64,000 nucleotides of DNA from the human T2T-CHM13v2.0 reference genome, Homo sapiens, in the NCBI RefSeq assembly GCF_009914755.1, contig NC_060928.1; one strand, written 5' to 3'. A program made the translations under genes and the position numbers. Below the pieces are notes generated by a model that was not told the origin of the DNA, made no database searches, and worked only from the letters and a program-made list of their open reading frames with translations. Of this stretch, positions 29,906 to 42,732 are shown piece by piece. The stretch's first letter is position 1; each line of letters opens with the position of its first letter.

Positions 29906-31289
29906 AAACATGATAAACCATTCACCTTTCCAACCCTGGAGGAGAAGGCGAAAAAGGAAGAGGAGAAGGCAGGAGTCTTATGGGGTCCACAAATCACGAG
30001 CTAAGTCTAGCGTAGGTTCAGTATCAGCCAGTACTATACAATCCCATTAGTATTTAAAGTGATTCTGATCATTTTTTTAGTATTTTCTATTTTTTTTCCT
30101 CTCAAAACATCCTTTTCCCTCACAGTTAGTTGAAAATTGCATTGCATCCTCTGTGAACATTTATTTGGGGGCATGGCTTTATCAGACGCTGGTGCAGAAG
30201 AGTGCTAACGAGACATGACAATTTTCTACTTCTCTACGTGAATACAGAGATCCATTTGAAAGTTACATTTTACCTATCTACAGTGTACAAATGACTATAT
30301 TTTCAGCAAATATCTAATAAATTGGCAATTTTGATTCCAACCTGAAAGGAGAAAAGCAATGACTCTAATAACCAACAATCTTTGACAAATAGTGGCAATA
30401 AAAGTGCCTGCAGCTTCAATATCATGTAGGATTAGGGCTCTGGCATTTTTCTAGATTATGGTCTTCCAGGTTGCTGATGATGTTATGTTTTGTGAGATGG
30501 TGTGCATGTGTGTGCAATGAAAGAAAAAAATCACAGCAATGTATCTAAACTATAATTTTAATTTTTGTATGTGCATTAGCTTAGTGCTAACGAAAGTTAT
30601 TTAGTTCTGCCTCCTCTCCCCACAGAATATAATGTAAGCTCTAATAGAAGAGCTTTCTTTGTTTTGTTTTGTTTTGGTTTGGTTTTTAATCTGTTTTAGT
30701 CACTGCTCCATCTCCCAGCACAAGAAGCAGGCAGTGACATACAATAAATATTTGTTGAATGAATAAGCAAATTAATTAAATCTTATTATGATGATATATC
30801 ACCTTTGGTCAGTGCCATTGAAACAAATTGCTATTCTATTCTGGGACTTTTCACTGAATGTATTATGTTGTTTGTGGTTCTTTCCATATTTTCTCATTTG
30901 TGTTGTGGAGACCCATGACATTTTAGTGCATTCATATTTTTAAATCACTAATTGAATCCATGAGTTCCTACAAAATGGTGTAGCAGTATAAAAAGCGAGT
31001 AGGTGGAGCTGTGGGTTATAGCCCCAATACTCAGGGAATTCCACCTAGATTTTTAATGTTGCATTTTCTCACTAGCAAATAACACCACCTTCTCTGTCTG
31101 ATTCTAAGAGTTGTTTGATGCTTGAAAAAAATTGTGTATAAAAGAAAGTTTGTACACAGAGAATATTTGTCAATGTATATTCTAAGTTATATAGCATCTT
31201 TATAAAATAAGCTGAGGATTTCCTTTAGATATTCCTCTATTTTCTACTCTTTAAGAATGCCACAAAATAGAGAAAAAGAAGATGGAGAA

Positions 31290-31736
31290 TGTGATGGTTA
31301 ACCTCACTTGTCAAGTTCGGCAGGCTATAGTACACAGTGATTTAATCAAACCCTAATCTAAGTGTTGCTGTGAAGGTATTTTGTCGATGTGCTTAACATC
31401 TATAATCAGTTGACATTAAGTTAAGCATAGATTACCCTGAATAATGTGGGTGGGCCTCATCTAATCAGTTGAGGCTTCCTGAAGAAGAAATCCTGCCTCA
31501 AGACTGTGACATCAAATCCTTCCTGAACTTCCAGCTGCCAGCATATTCTATGAATTTCAGACATGCCAGTCCCCATAATGGTGTGAGCCAATTCCTTCAA
31601 ATAAGTCTCTTTACATATATGCATATGTACATGTGTGTATATGCATGTGTATGTATGTATATGATATGTATATGCTTATGTGTATGCACATGAGTATGTA
31701 CTGGTTCTGTTTTTCTAGAGAATCTTGACTGATACA
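31290..31736 (+). mobile_element. ERVL LTR (MLT2D-like) with an internal (TG/TA)n run
   Basis: tgtgatggttaa...tgttgctgtgaaggtattttgt...ggttctgtttttctagagaatcttgactgataca; TSD gagaa/gggaa. Confidence 0.88.
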
Positions 31737-32217
31737 GGGAAAGAATCAACAAAGAAGAAAAGTCACGTTTATTTAAATGACACTTTGTAATCTTTTTTCT
31801 AATCTAGTGATATTTCTGAATTTGGGCAGTGTCCACTGGGATTATAGACCCAGTGGATGAGAGTCAAACAATGTACAAGGTCATATGTTAAAGTGTCCAG
31901 CTGCTCTGCTAACAAGGCAAGCAATAGGAATTCCTACAGTTACTTGAGTCCAGTCCCCATCCCTTACATCAAACAAAAATGTCCCAGTGTTTTGCAGGAC
32001 AGGCTCCTGTCACTAAGACTGTGCTGTCAGTCTGCAAAATGGAAAATGACTCCTAATTGCCCAAATGTTCTCCTGGGTATTTAGGTAAACATGAGTACAT
32101 CAATAGATTGCTTTTGTAGAATATACTGATTCTTTGTAGAGAACGGCAATGCATGCAGGCCTAAAGAAACGAAACAAGAGTTTCGGAGGAAAAAAAAAAA
32201 CAAAAAAACAAACTTGC

Positions 32218-32319
32218 TTTGAATAGCAGGAGACGACGTTTTGGCAGCTGAGCAGGGCAAGAGCTTCATGAGCCGCTCTTTAATGCTGCGCTTGGTGCTG
32301 TTCTGAGCGTACAGGAAAC
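32218..32319 (-). CDS. KCNIP4: KCNIP4 cassette exon 2, 102 bp (34 codons, phase 1-1)
   Basis: Translates (G)[33 protein letters not shown](N), matching the long KChIP4 isoform N-terminus. Acceptor gtatcttctag| at 32320 and donor CAAA|gcaagt at 32217. A|AC across the junction with exon 3 gives Asn (IQN-SVED). Confidence 0.95.
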
Positions 32320-33821
32320 CTAGAAGATACAGGATCAGTTCTGTTAATGCTGTCTGCAGAGAGAAAAGGGACGTGCTGCAGGGTTTATCAGAGAAGCCAG
32401 GCAGGAAGGATCAGGGACGCAGCCATCCACTCAGGCAATCACAGGCAGTGGGTTGGGACCCCCGAAAGGAAAAAAAAAAGTTTGTTTTCTTCTTATTTAG
32501 TTTTGTTTTTATTTCTAAATGTTGTTTTGAAGATAATGACGAACAAGTGAAAGCAGAATCGTAAAATATATCTATTGAATGGCAAAAGATTAAAAAAAGC
32601 CACCAAAAAAATCTGGTGGTTTTTTTTTTTTTTTTTGGCCCTTAGATCAGGGATAAAACAAGTATCACTAGAAGAGTTAACTGGATTGAAATTTCAATAT
32701 TCAAACCAGCGCTAAGGGCCCACATGACAATTTTCTGCTATTGCTCCCCATCTTTGATTATAGCAGAGATAGATGCTTCACATAAATCATTCACACCACA
32801 ATCACCTGTTAGTACCTTTGCCTTCCTGAAAATGAGAAAATAAATGTCCTTAATATGCAGCTTCATTAGCATATACTGACATGCCCAGAGATGTGACAAT
32901 CTTTCCCATTTTTTACATGTGGACGCTAATGAATGGAACTTTTTCAAACAGACTAATTCTGGAAGAAGCCAGACAAGCTTGTCAAACATTAACCCAGGAA
33001 TAGACGGAGCAGTATGTGTGACAGCAGATACCTGGAGATGACTCAAGAAAAATCAAAAGTGGCTGGACGGGTGAGCTTGCAAACTGCTGAAACAACTTTT
33101 GATGTCAGGAGCCAACTATCCAAGTCAGCATCAATTTACCCACCCTGAGGTCTCAGACACTTGGATGTCATGTTAATAGGTAACTAGCCTCCCCGAGATC
33201 AGCATGCAAGGTGTCAAATATAAAGCATCAGCGCAGAAACCAATTTAAATCGAGGTTCTACCATCTTTATAACAGGAATCTGGCAAATGTATCACTTGTT
33301 CCTTTTCTAGTTCTTATCTTGGAATTATAAAAAAATTCCTGACCACAAGCCTACTGATTTAGTTTCCTAAATCATATGTTGCACCCACCAACAGTATCCA
33401 CTGGCTAAAACTCATGTGTGTGTGTAGAGTAGGATGACAAAATGAAGTAGTAAATACACAAATTAAATAAGATCATTCCTCTGATTAAAAGCCCTCTAAA
33501 AGCTTCATGTTGTTTTTCTATCGAGGACGCCAAGTATGATCTGGCCCTGTCTGAGTCTCTGGCAGCATTTGCAGCCACTCTCTCTGCTTTCTGGGCCATC
33601 CACTATTGGCCACACTACCCTTTTTGCCTTTGGTAGAACTCACAAAGCAGGCCGTCCTCTGGCCTTGACACTTATGTGGTATGAAATGTCTCATTCAACT
33701 GCTGGTTGAGGGTCTGGCATGTAACAGAAGGTCAATAAATGCCTGGCAAATGAGTAAATAAATTCACTTTGGATATCTAAAGAAGACTTGATTCATTTCC
33801 TAGATTAGTATCTAAGTAAGC

Positions 33822-34050
33822 TTTTTAAAAATTTTACTTTAAGTTCTGGGATACATGTGAAGAACGTGCAGGTTTGTTACATAGGTATACATGTGCCCTG
33901 GTGGTTTCCTGCACCTATCAGCCCATCATCTAGGTTTTAAGCTCCGCATGTATGTGTAGAGTGGGGTGACAAAATGTTATAAATGTCCTTAATATTTCCC
34001 TCCCCTTGACCCCCACCCCCTGACAGACCCCCGTGTGTGATGTTCCCCTT
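33822..34050 (-). mobile_element. L1PA 3'-terminal fragment
   Basis: ttttactttaagttctgggatacatgtgaagaacgtgcaggtttgttacatagg. Confidence 0.88.
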
Positions 34051-34315
34051 CTTTTAAACTTGCAAAATAAATCTGGTTTACATAAAACACACCCTATATT
34101 TTGCTTCTGATTTCCATTTCTGGAAGGATGCAACGATTTAACTACCCTCTCCTTTGCAAACTCCTCCAGGACATGAGGGTCTTACTTTAGCTCCCTACAC
34201 AGGCACTCTGCTCCTCCCCTTTATGCCATTTCAAACCTCCGTGCCAGGATATGTGCTGTTCCCTCAGTTTTGTCAGCTGTTCACCAACTCTCAACTTCTG
34301 TATCCCAGTGCAGCC

Positions 34316-34610
34316 TTTTTTTTTTTTTTTTTTTCAAGACAGAGTCTCACTCTGTTGCCCAGGCTGGAGTGCAGTGGCGCGATCTCAGTTCACTGCAACC
34401 TCCAGGTTCAAGCAATTCTCTTGCCTCAGCCTCATGAGTAGCTGGGATTACAGGTGCATGCCACCATGCCTGGCTAATTTTTGTATTTTTAGTAGAGACA
34501 GGGCTTTGCCATCTTGGCCAGGCTGGTTTCAAACTCCTGACCTCAAGTGATCCACCCACCTTGGCCTGCCAAAGTGCCAGGATTACAGGCGTGAGCTACT
34601 GCGCCCAGCC
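34316..34610 (-). mobile_element. AluS (Sx-like)
   Basis: Poly(T) followed by a reverse Alu dimer. Confidence 0.95.
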
Positions 34611-34707
34611 CCATGAGGCTTTTAAAACTCAGTTCAAACACACCTTCCTCTGGCCATCTTTCCCTCTTGTGTCTCCAACTTGCCTAAAAGAAGAAAGACC
34701 TCCTCCC

Positions 34708-35309
34708 TCCCCTGCTTCCCAAGCTAACTTTGGGAGAAATTTAGCTTATAGTTTAAATGATAATGGCCCTTCCCCAAAACTAAACTGCCTTTGTAAAGCT
34801 AATGAAAGATCACCAGGTTAGGAGGATGAGAGGAGCGTGAATTCTGCTAAGGTGTAGCCATAAGCTATTACCAGCCGTTATTCTCGAGGTCATGAGATTC
34901 ATAACTTCCCCAATTACTCCTGCAGATAACATCACTACTGTAGAACCTAAGATTGGCTTTTTGAGATGTCTTTTCAGGTTTTTGCATTTCTGACAATGAA
35001 TGGCTTCGCCCAGACCTGCCAACCAGTCCTGTGACCCTACCCAGAAGCCAACTCAGCATGAGGACCATTTTCCATATCCCTAGGATTGCACCCCAACCAA
35101 TCAGCAGCACCCTTTCCATTACCCATCAACTATCCTTGAAAAACCCTAGCCTCTGAATTTTCAAGGAGTCTTATTTGAGGAATAATAAAACTCCGGGTCT
35201 CTTGCTCAGCTAGCTCTGTATGAATTAAGCTCTTTATTGCAATCTCTCTGTCTTGATAAATCAGCTCTATCTGGGCAGCAGGCAAAATGAACCCATTGGA
35301 CAGGTTACA
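34708..35309 (+). mobile_element. ERV1 MER4-group LTR (LTR8/MER50-related), 5'-incomplete
   Basis: aagctaactttgggagaaatttag...gataacatcactactgtagaacctaagattgg...cttgataaatcagctctatctgggcagc...gttaca. Confidence 0.8.
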
Positions 35310-36349
35310 GTATCTGCTTCAAAAAGTTAGGATCAGAGGAAATAATATATAAAGCACTTATCACAGTGACAGCCACATAATGCAGTCCAAACAAATATTA
35401 ATCATTTTGTTTCACTTATTTGAGTATACCCTATTCCCTACTGTCTCAGGGCCTTTTCACATGCTATTATCTGAATCTAAACTTCTGCTTTACTTTCTCT
35501 TCATCTGGTTAATGCCTGTTCATCCTTCAGATTTCAGTTCAATAACTTTTTGAGGAAAACCTTATAGGGCAAACCAACTAGATTATGAACAGTTATTATA
35601 GATGCCCATAGTTTTCTATGTTTCTCCATAGCAAGTATAATTAAAACAATTCATGATACAATTACATATTTGACACGTCTTCCCTACTGAAATGGAAGAT
35701 GGAAGATGTCTACTTCTAGCCTTTACAGAATAAATGTTACTGGATATGCTATACCACTGTAAGGAACCATATAACTGGACAAGCTACATGAGGGAACTCT
35801 TTCCAAGAATTGAACAATAAACAACATAGAACTGTGATGCTTGAGAGAAGAAAAATCCCAGAGGTGTGCTTCACAAATGCCCTGGCTCGCCCCTGCCTGG
35901 TGACATGTTCCTTCCATAGTTCAGGGAGGTAGAGCTCATAGTCACTGAGCTGAAGTGGCAGAGATTAGGGTTCCAGGCTCCTGAAGTGGCTGGAATTTGT
36001 AGGCCAGGGTTAAGAGAGAATTGATGTATGCGTGTGTATTCTGCAGGTAGCTGGTGGGTGGGAAATTTGTGTGAAATTAAATGTGGGTTATTGACTAAGG
36101 GCTGGGATATGCACGATATCCAAGGCTTCCCAATGCTTAGCAGGCAGGGCTGAGAATGGAATGAAATAACACAAGCCACATAGAGCTGGAATGCTGCAAG
36201 TTGTTAGAGTTCTAGCCCTGCCAGCCTTCCAAAGAAGACTTCACTGAGCACCTCTGGCGTTGCCCTGAGAACTCAGAAAAACCACTTTGGGAGTAAGGAT
36301 AATTTCCTAGAGTAAGGGCCATAGTGTATCACTGAGGTAATAGCCAAAG

Positions 36350-37862
36350 TTGACTGATCCTAACAAAGAATAGACCTAAAGCTAGAAAGACCAAAAAGAG
36401 CTGCTGAACTGTAGAATGCTTCTAAACAATATTCAATATATTTTAAAAGAAGGCAACATGACCCAAACTCCTTACAATGTATCCTAATAACATCTTTTGT
36501 ACTATAAAAAAATTACTAGACATGTGAGAAAGCAGAACAAATGTGACCCATAATCAAGAAAAAAGAGAAGTCAATAAAAACAGACATTAGGTAGCACAGA
36601 TGTTGGAAGTTGTAAGAAATGACGTTAAAGATAGTCATAATAAGTAAAGAAAAAAGTTCAGAAGAGAAATTAAACTACAAAAGGGAACTAAATGAAAATT
36701 CTAGAAATAAAAAGAAAATTCTAAAAGGAAAACTTCATTAGATGGACTTAACAGCAGACTGAGAACTACTGAAGAAAGGATTATGAGCTTGAATAGAGAT
36801 GAAAAGGAAGAAATCTGAATAATAGAAAAAGATTTAAAAATAAAGAGAGCTTTACTCATCTGTGCATCATATCAAAAAGTCCAACATAGGTATAATTAAA
36901 GAACATAATGAGAGGTGAGATAAAATTTTGAAGCAATAATGACCAAAATATTCCACATATGTTTTAAAACACAAGTGAAATCTGTTGAACCAAAAGAAGA
37001 AAACTTAAAGTATAATAAATAAATAAATAAATAAATAAATAAAAGAAGAATCACACATAGCTGTAGGCAAAATGCTGAAAATCAAAAATGAAAAAAGGCT
37101 TTAAAATGAAAAGAGAAGAAAAGGACCCGTACATACAAGGGTCAAATAATGTAAGAATAATTTTTCATCAAGAACAGCAGAAACACCAGAAAACAATGGA
37201 AGAGAATCCTTAAAGTTCTCAGGGGAATACAGAGACTATCAACCCAGAATTTTACCTATGTTTTTGAGAATGAAGTTGAAATAAAGATACTTTTAGATAA
37301 AATAAACCTGGGATAATTCATAGCTAAAAGCCTTGCATTCCAAGAAATGCTAAAGGAATGTCCTCAGGCTGAGGTTAATTGGCATAATACGGAAACTTGA
37401 CTCTACAGGTAGAAATAGAGAGCACAGGAAATTGAAAATATGTGAATAAATATATTATCCTGTTTTCCTTTCCTACTTTCTTTGTTTAAAACAGCAAAAA
37501 AGTATTGTAGAGTTTATTACATTTGTAGATGTAAAATTTCTGACAATAATAACATGAAAGTTGGGGGAGGGTCAATGGAATTTTAATGTATGATGCTTAC
37601 ATTTTACATGAAGTGGTACCATATGAACTCAAAATAGTCTATAATAAATGAAGGAGACATACTGAAATCTCTAGATACAAGGGAAGCAGTAAAAAATAAT
37701 ATAAGAAGGTATAGTCAAAACTCCAATAGAGGAATTAAAATGAAATATATAAAATATTTAATTAATTTAAAAGAAAGCCAGGGAAGAGGAATAGAGGGAC
37801 AAAAAGTAGAAGGGATGAGTAGAAAATACATAAGATAGTAAATGTATACCCCACCATATAAT
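36350..37862 (+). mobile_element. Ancient L1M ORF1/inter-ORF remnant
   Basis: A-rich decayed L1 ORF1 motifs (aacagcagactgaga...gaagaaaggattatgagcttgaa; gaaaacaatggaa...aaagttct; tatcaacccagaatttta). Confidence 0.7.
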
Positions 37863-38360
37863 TAAATCAGAAATTGTATTTTTTATTCATTACTGAATTC
37901 CCAGTATGTTGCACAGTGCTTAGTATATAAAATGTTCAATCACTATCTACTGAAAGCATGAAATCAGACTATATATCTTTTATGATTGTCTCAGTATGTG
38001 CAGATTTGCTACTTGTAATTAGCAGATGCATTTAGAATGTACATATATGCTTCCTCACAGTGTGTGAAGCGATCCCTAAATAGATAGCTGTGTGTGAAGG
38101 CACTCTCTTAAGGATGATACTGACAGAATGAGGAGGTGGGACTGAATTCCCCAGCCAATCACACTAAAAGAAAGTTGATGGTGAATCTCCAAACTGCCTT
38201 AGTATGTAGGACATTTACCCTCACAGAGACTAAACACTCTTTGTTTTCATTAATTTATTAAGTTAATATGTATCGCCACCTACAATGGACAGATTCATAT
38301 CTTAAATTAATTGGCTACATAAACCACTGAGCCTAATGAGAGCATTCAAAATTAAGTCAA

Positions 38361-39396
38361 AATAATCCTAGTTTACCTCAAAATCCTTGTCTTTCTCCAA
38401 ATTAAGGGCCTGGCCAGCTGTCATAAATTACATATTCCTTTTGGTTTTTTTAAAGGTTACATGTTCAAGAGAGTGAAAATAAGATGTTCTGTCTAAAGGC
38501 TACCATGCCTGGTTTGTAAATGAACCTGTTAAATGCTGTATTTGCTCCCACAGCTTACTACAGAATGTTACTTAATACAATATCATACTTATTACAATTT
38601 TTACTATAGGAGTGTAACAGGTAAAATTAATCTCTATTTTAGTGGGCCCATGTTTAGTCTTTCACCATCCTTTAAATTGCTGTGAATTTTTTTGTCATGA
38701 CTTGAAAGCAAGGATAGAGAAACATTTTAGAGATATCTGGGTTTTTTTCCATTCCAGAACTTGTGAGGATAATCATATTTGCTTCATATTTATAGTCATG
38801 AACTCCTAAGCTGGCAGCTACAACCAAGAACCAAAAAATGGTGCATTCTGCTTCTTGTAATTCATCTCTGCTAGTAAATTATAAGAAGCAGGGAAAATAT
38901 TTTATTTGGATGGTTTCTATAAACAAGGGACTATAATTCTTGTACATTATTTTTCATCCTTGCTATTTCTTTGAGCAGTCTAATGTGCCACATAATTATC
39001 TAAGGTATTTGTTTTCTATAAGAATTGTTTCACAAGTATTCTTGTTATCAGAGTAGTTGTATTATATTTCAAAATGTAAGATGATTTTTAAAAGCCTGAG
39101 TACTGACCTAAGATGCAACTGTATGAACTCTACTCTGGAGGGCGGGGAGGGTGTCAGTGGAAGTCGTAAGACTTTTATTTTTTTGTGCCATCAAATACAG
39201 GTAAAAATAATTGTGCAATTCTGCTTTTTAAATAGGAACTATTGGCCTGCTTGGCCCTAAATGGAAGGGCTGATATTTTAAGTTGATTATTTTATTGTAA
39301 ATTAATCCAACCTAATTCTTTTTAATTTGGTTGAATGTTTTTCTTGTTAAATGATGTTTAAAAAATAAAAACTGGAAGTTCAAAAAAAAAAAAAAA
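38361..39396 (+). pseudogene. 5'-truncated processed retrocopy of an mRNA 3'UTR (parent gene not identified)
   Basis: AATAAA at 39364, A15 at 39382-39396, exact 14-bp TSD caaaattaagtcaa at 38347-38360 and 39397-39410. Body is AU-rich and matches no repeat I recognise. Confidence 0.85.
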
Positions 39397-40148
39397 CAAA
39401 ATTAAGTCAACTCCCATACCTCTGCATCTAGAAGTCAAACCAAACTGCTAGTATACTAACATAACACTTTAAAGACCATAAAACAAAGCAATACAAAAAG
39501 AGATGAAAAATTACTTTTCATCTCATAAATATTTGTCCAAAAAGCATTCTTTATAATGTACATATTATAAGCATTATAAATGATGTTCTTTGTAGAACTG
39601 TAAATATACAGTGGCTACATAGAAAAAAAATCCCTGCTGTCTAGAATCTAACCATCTGCATCTATTATAATACCTATGACATTGCAGATCCCGAATTCCC
39701 TGAGGGGAGGATTCTGTTTGTTTATGAATTAACTCATTTAAAAGCATTTGTTGAATGCTAACTATGTGCTAGGAACTGTCTCAGATGCTGGCAATAATGC
39801 ACCGAATGAGCCAGCCAAAAAACTTCTATTTTAGTGGACCTTACACGATATTTAGGAAAGAAAAAATAATCAACAAAAATAAATAGCAAGTTATAAAGTA
39901 TATCAGATATGAAGGAGGGATGGGGCCTAGAGACTTCTGTTGGTGGATATGGATATGGGTAAGAAATAGGACGGGGAAAGACATAATTTTAAATATGGTG
40001 GCCAGGGAAGGTTTCATTAGAGATATATTTGGGCAAAAATATCTACATAAGATGAAAAGGTGTCTTATCCTGTTTCGATTATTAACAATAACAGTGTATT
40101 ACATATATTAGGTACTAATATATATTTGTTGAGTGATTCATATCACTT

Positions 40149-40350
40149 ATTAATTTATTAAGTTAATGTTTATTGCTACCTACAATGGGCAGATTAATAA
40201 ATTAGTTGGCTACATAAACCACTGAGCTCAATGAGATCATTCAAAATTAAGTTTACTCCCATATCTCTGCATCTAGATGTCAAACCAAACTACTAGTATA
40301 CTAGTACTTCAAACACGATAAAATGAAGTAATACAAAAAGATAATAAAAA
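40149..40350 (+). repeat. Second copy of a ~200-bp local duplication (first copy 38249-38360 + 39411-39510)
   Basis: attaatttattaagttaat...ggctacataaaccactgagc...tctgcatctaga.gtcaaaccaaact.ctagtatacta shared by both copies. Confidence 0.9.
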
Positions 40351-40938
40351 GTAAGTGTGTAAATATATAGGCCATTCTAACTGTGCTCTAACTAAATGAG
40401 AATGTATTCATTTTTACCAATTGGAAAGGTTTTATCTTATAATGCCTGACATTACTGAAAACACGTCAGCCTATCATCATCTTGATTGCTCCATTTTTCT
40501 GGTCATGCAGACCTCAGTGGTGGCATATGCAAGTGGTCATTCTCCACTGGCTGCTTTTTGTGTTACACAGGAAATGCCATCACATGTCAGTGTCATGTGT
40601 CAGTGCTGAGCGATGGGCCATGAATTATGAATTCAACAAGTACTGACAGTGGCAATGAAAGTGGTAATTTCACCATAATGAGAACTATTCTTATCTTCCT
40701 CCTTTTTGCAGTACAGCAGATAGCAAAAACTTCTATTTCTCATGGGTTAGCTTGGAAATAATGGCTCGTACTCTATTAATTCACAGTCCTGATCAGCTTC
40801 TATTTTGTACTTTTGAAACACGGACAATGTTTTTCTTCCTAGATTTTAAGCCTGTAGAAGTCTGGTGGAAGAAAATGGCAAATAATGTTTCTACAGATCT
40901 GGTGTCTTCCCATGAATCAATAACTATGACAAAAATTG

Positions 40939-41244
<306 letters not shown>

Positions 41245-41379
41245 TCACCAGGAGTTTCAGGGGTACTGTGATCCCATCTGTGTTCTTTGAGTCAGTGACA
41301 AGCTGATTCATCAGTAGTGTCATGGATGCTGGGAATAGGGAGTACATTTTTTTACTAGTTGCAAATATGAACTTATTTA

Positions 41380-41459
41380 TTAGGTTTGGGCAAAAGTAAT
41401 TGTGATTTTTACCATTGAAAGTAATGGCAAAAACTGCAATTACTTTTGCCCCAACCTAA
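41380..41459. mobile_element. MADE1 (Hsmar1-derived MITE), 80-bp palindrome
   Basis: ttaggtttgggcaaaagtaattg...caattacttttgccccaacctaa with TA TSD. Confidence 0.93.
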
Positions 41460-41967
41460 TACTATGATGCCTATTTTTAAAGTGGACTTACAGTTCATAA
41501 ATACTAGCATGACTACACAAACAAACACATACACTCAGAATTCATTTAGTATTTTCAAATTCATTCCTGAAGATACTAGGCCCCAGATAACTTGGGGTTC
41601 ATATGCTGGTAATAATTCTTGCAGAAAATTGCTGCCCAACCATGCAGTTGTTATTGGATCTTGCAGTCAGCCCCAAATCATTCACTTTTAAGAGAAGTAG
41701 CAACAGTGTTGCTGACTGAATATGAGGAAAATACCTACATTTCATTTTTTAACTTTTTGAACTTGGGAGGCAGAAAATGACCTTCCTAATTGACCTGTTT
41801 TGTTATGCTTGATTATAAAATAGTTTGTGTATCAGTTTAAAAGAAGGCAACTAGAAGGTGCTTGAATTTGCTGAAAACGATCTACAGATTCCAAATGCAA
41901 ATGGAGTAAATTTGACTCTACTTAGAGTGGCTACCTAAATACACCTGTTTCTCATAAAATTAATGCT

Positions 41968-42200
41968 ACTCTCTGTCAGCCTTTCCATCTCTCTATCTGT
42001 CTTTCTGTCTCTGTCTCACTCTTTCTTAGTCTTTGTGCCTTTGCTTTTATCTTTGTCTCTTTGTCTCCCTCTTCTTCTCTGTCCCTGAGTTTCTCTGGCT
42101 CAATGTCTCTCTCTGTCTCATTGTTCTACATCTCTGTTTGTGTCTCTCCTTTATCTTTTTCTGCTCTGTTTCTGTCTCTACCCCGACTCAGTCTCTCTCT
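41968..42200. repeat. CT-rich low-complexity tract
   Basis: Degenerate (TC/TGTCTC)n. Confidence 0.85.
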
Positions 42201-42599
42201 CAATCAAGGCAGGGTCCTATTTAATCTTCTTTACCTTGGTGTTGACTGTGTTCTTAACAAAACATTTAGAGAGAGTTTTGGTCAGTTGAGTGCAGAATAA
42301 TTATTGCATGTTATCTGAGGCAAATATTAGCAAACAACTGGATGGTCAAAAGCTGTAATGCTTTCTAAAGCCGCTTCTAAGTGTGTTTGTTTTTATCACC
42401 TCTCTGCTGTACTGGCAGAACTAGCCAGAGAATACTAGCAGAAAACAACATGGAAAAGGCATCAATTTTCCTTGGGATCTTTTAAGATTGACCAATTGAA
42501 CCTCAATTTTCCCTTGCTCCTCTGAACAATTTGCCAAAACTACTTCTACAGGGCTATCCTTTGTGTGGGGTTTGGAAATTATCTGGAGTTCCTTATAAA

Positions 42600-42732
42600 T
42601 AGGGTGACAAGACCTTCGTTTGTCCAGGATGCTGCCAGTTTATGGGAGTTGTCCTAACACCCCATAGTCTGCACCCCCTTTTCATGTTCAAAAATGTTCT
42701 TGTTTAAATGGTAAATTATATGTTCATGCAAT
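42600..42732 (-). mobile_element. hAT DNA transposon relic (MER94-like)
   Basis: tagggtgaca...tttgtccagga...ggtaaattatatgttca. Confidence 0.55.

Noticed and set aside
32081-32217. ORF extension [11 protein letters not shown]... after exon 2
   Set aside because: Intronic read-through past the GC donor.
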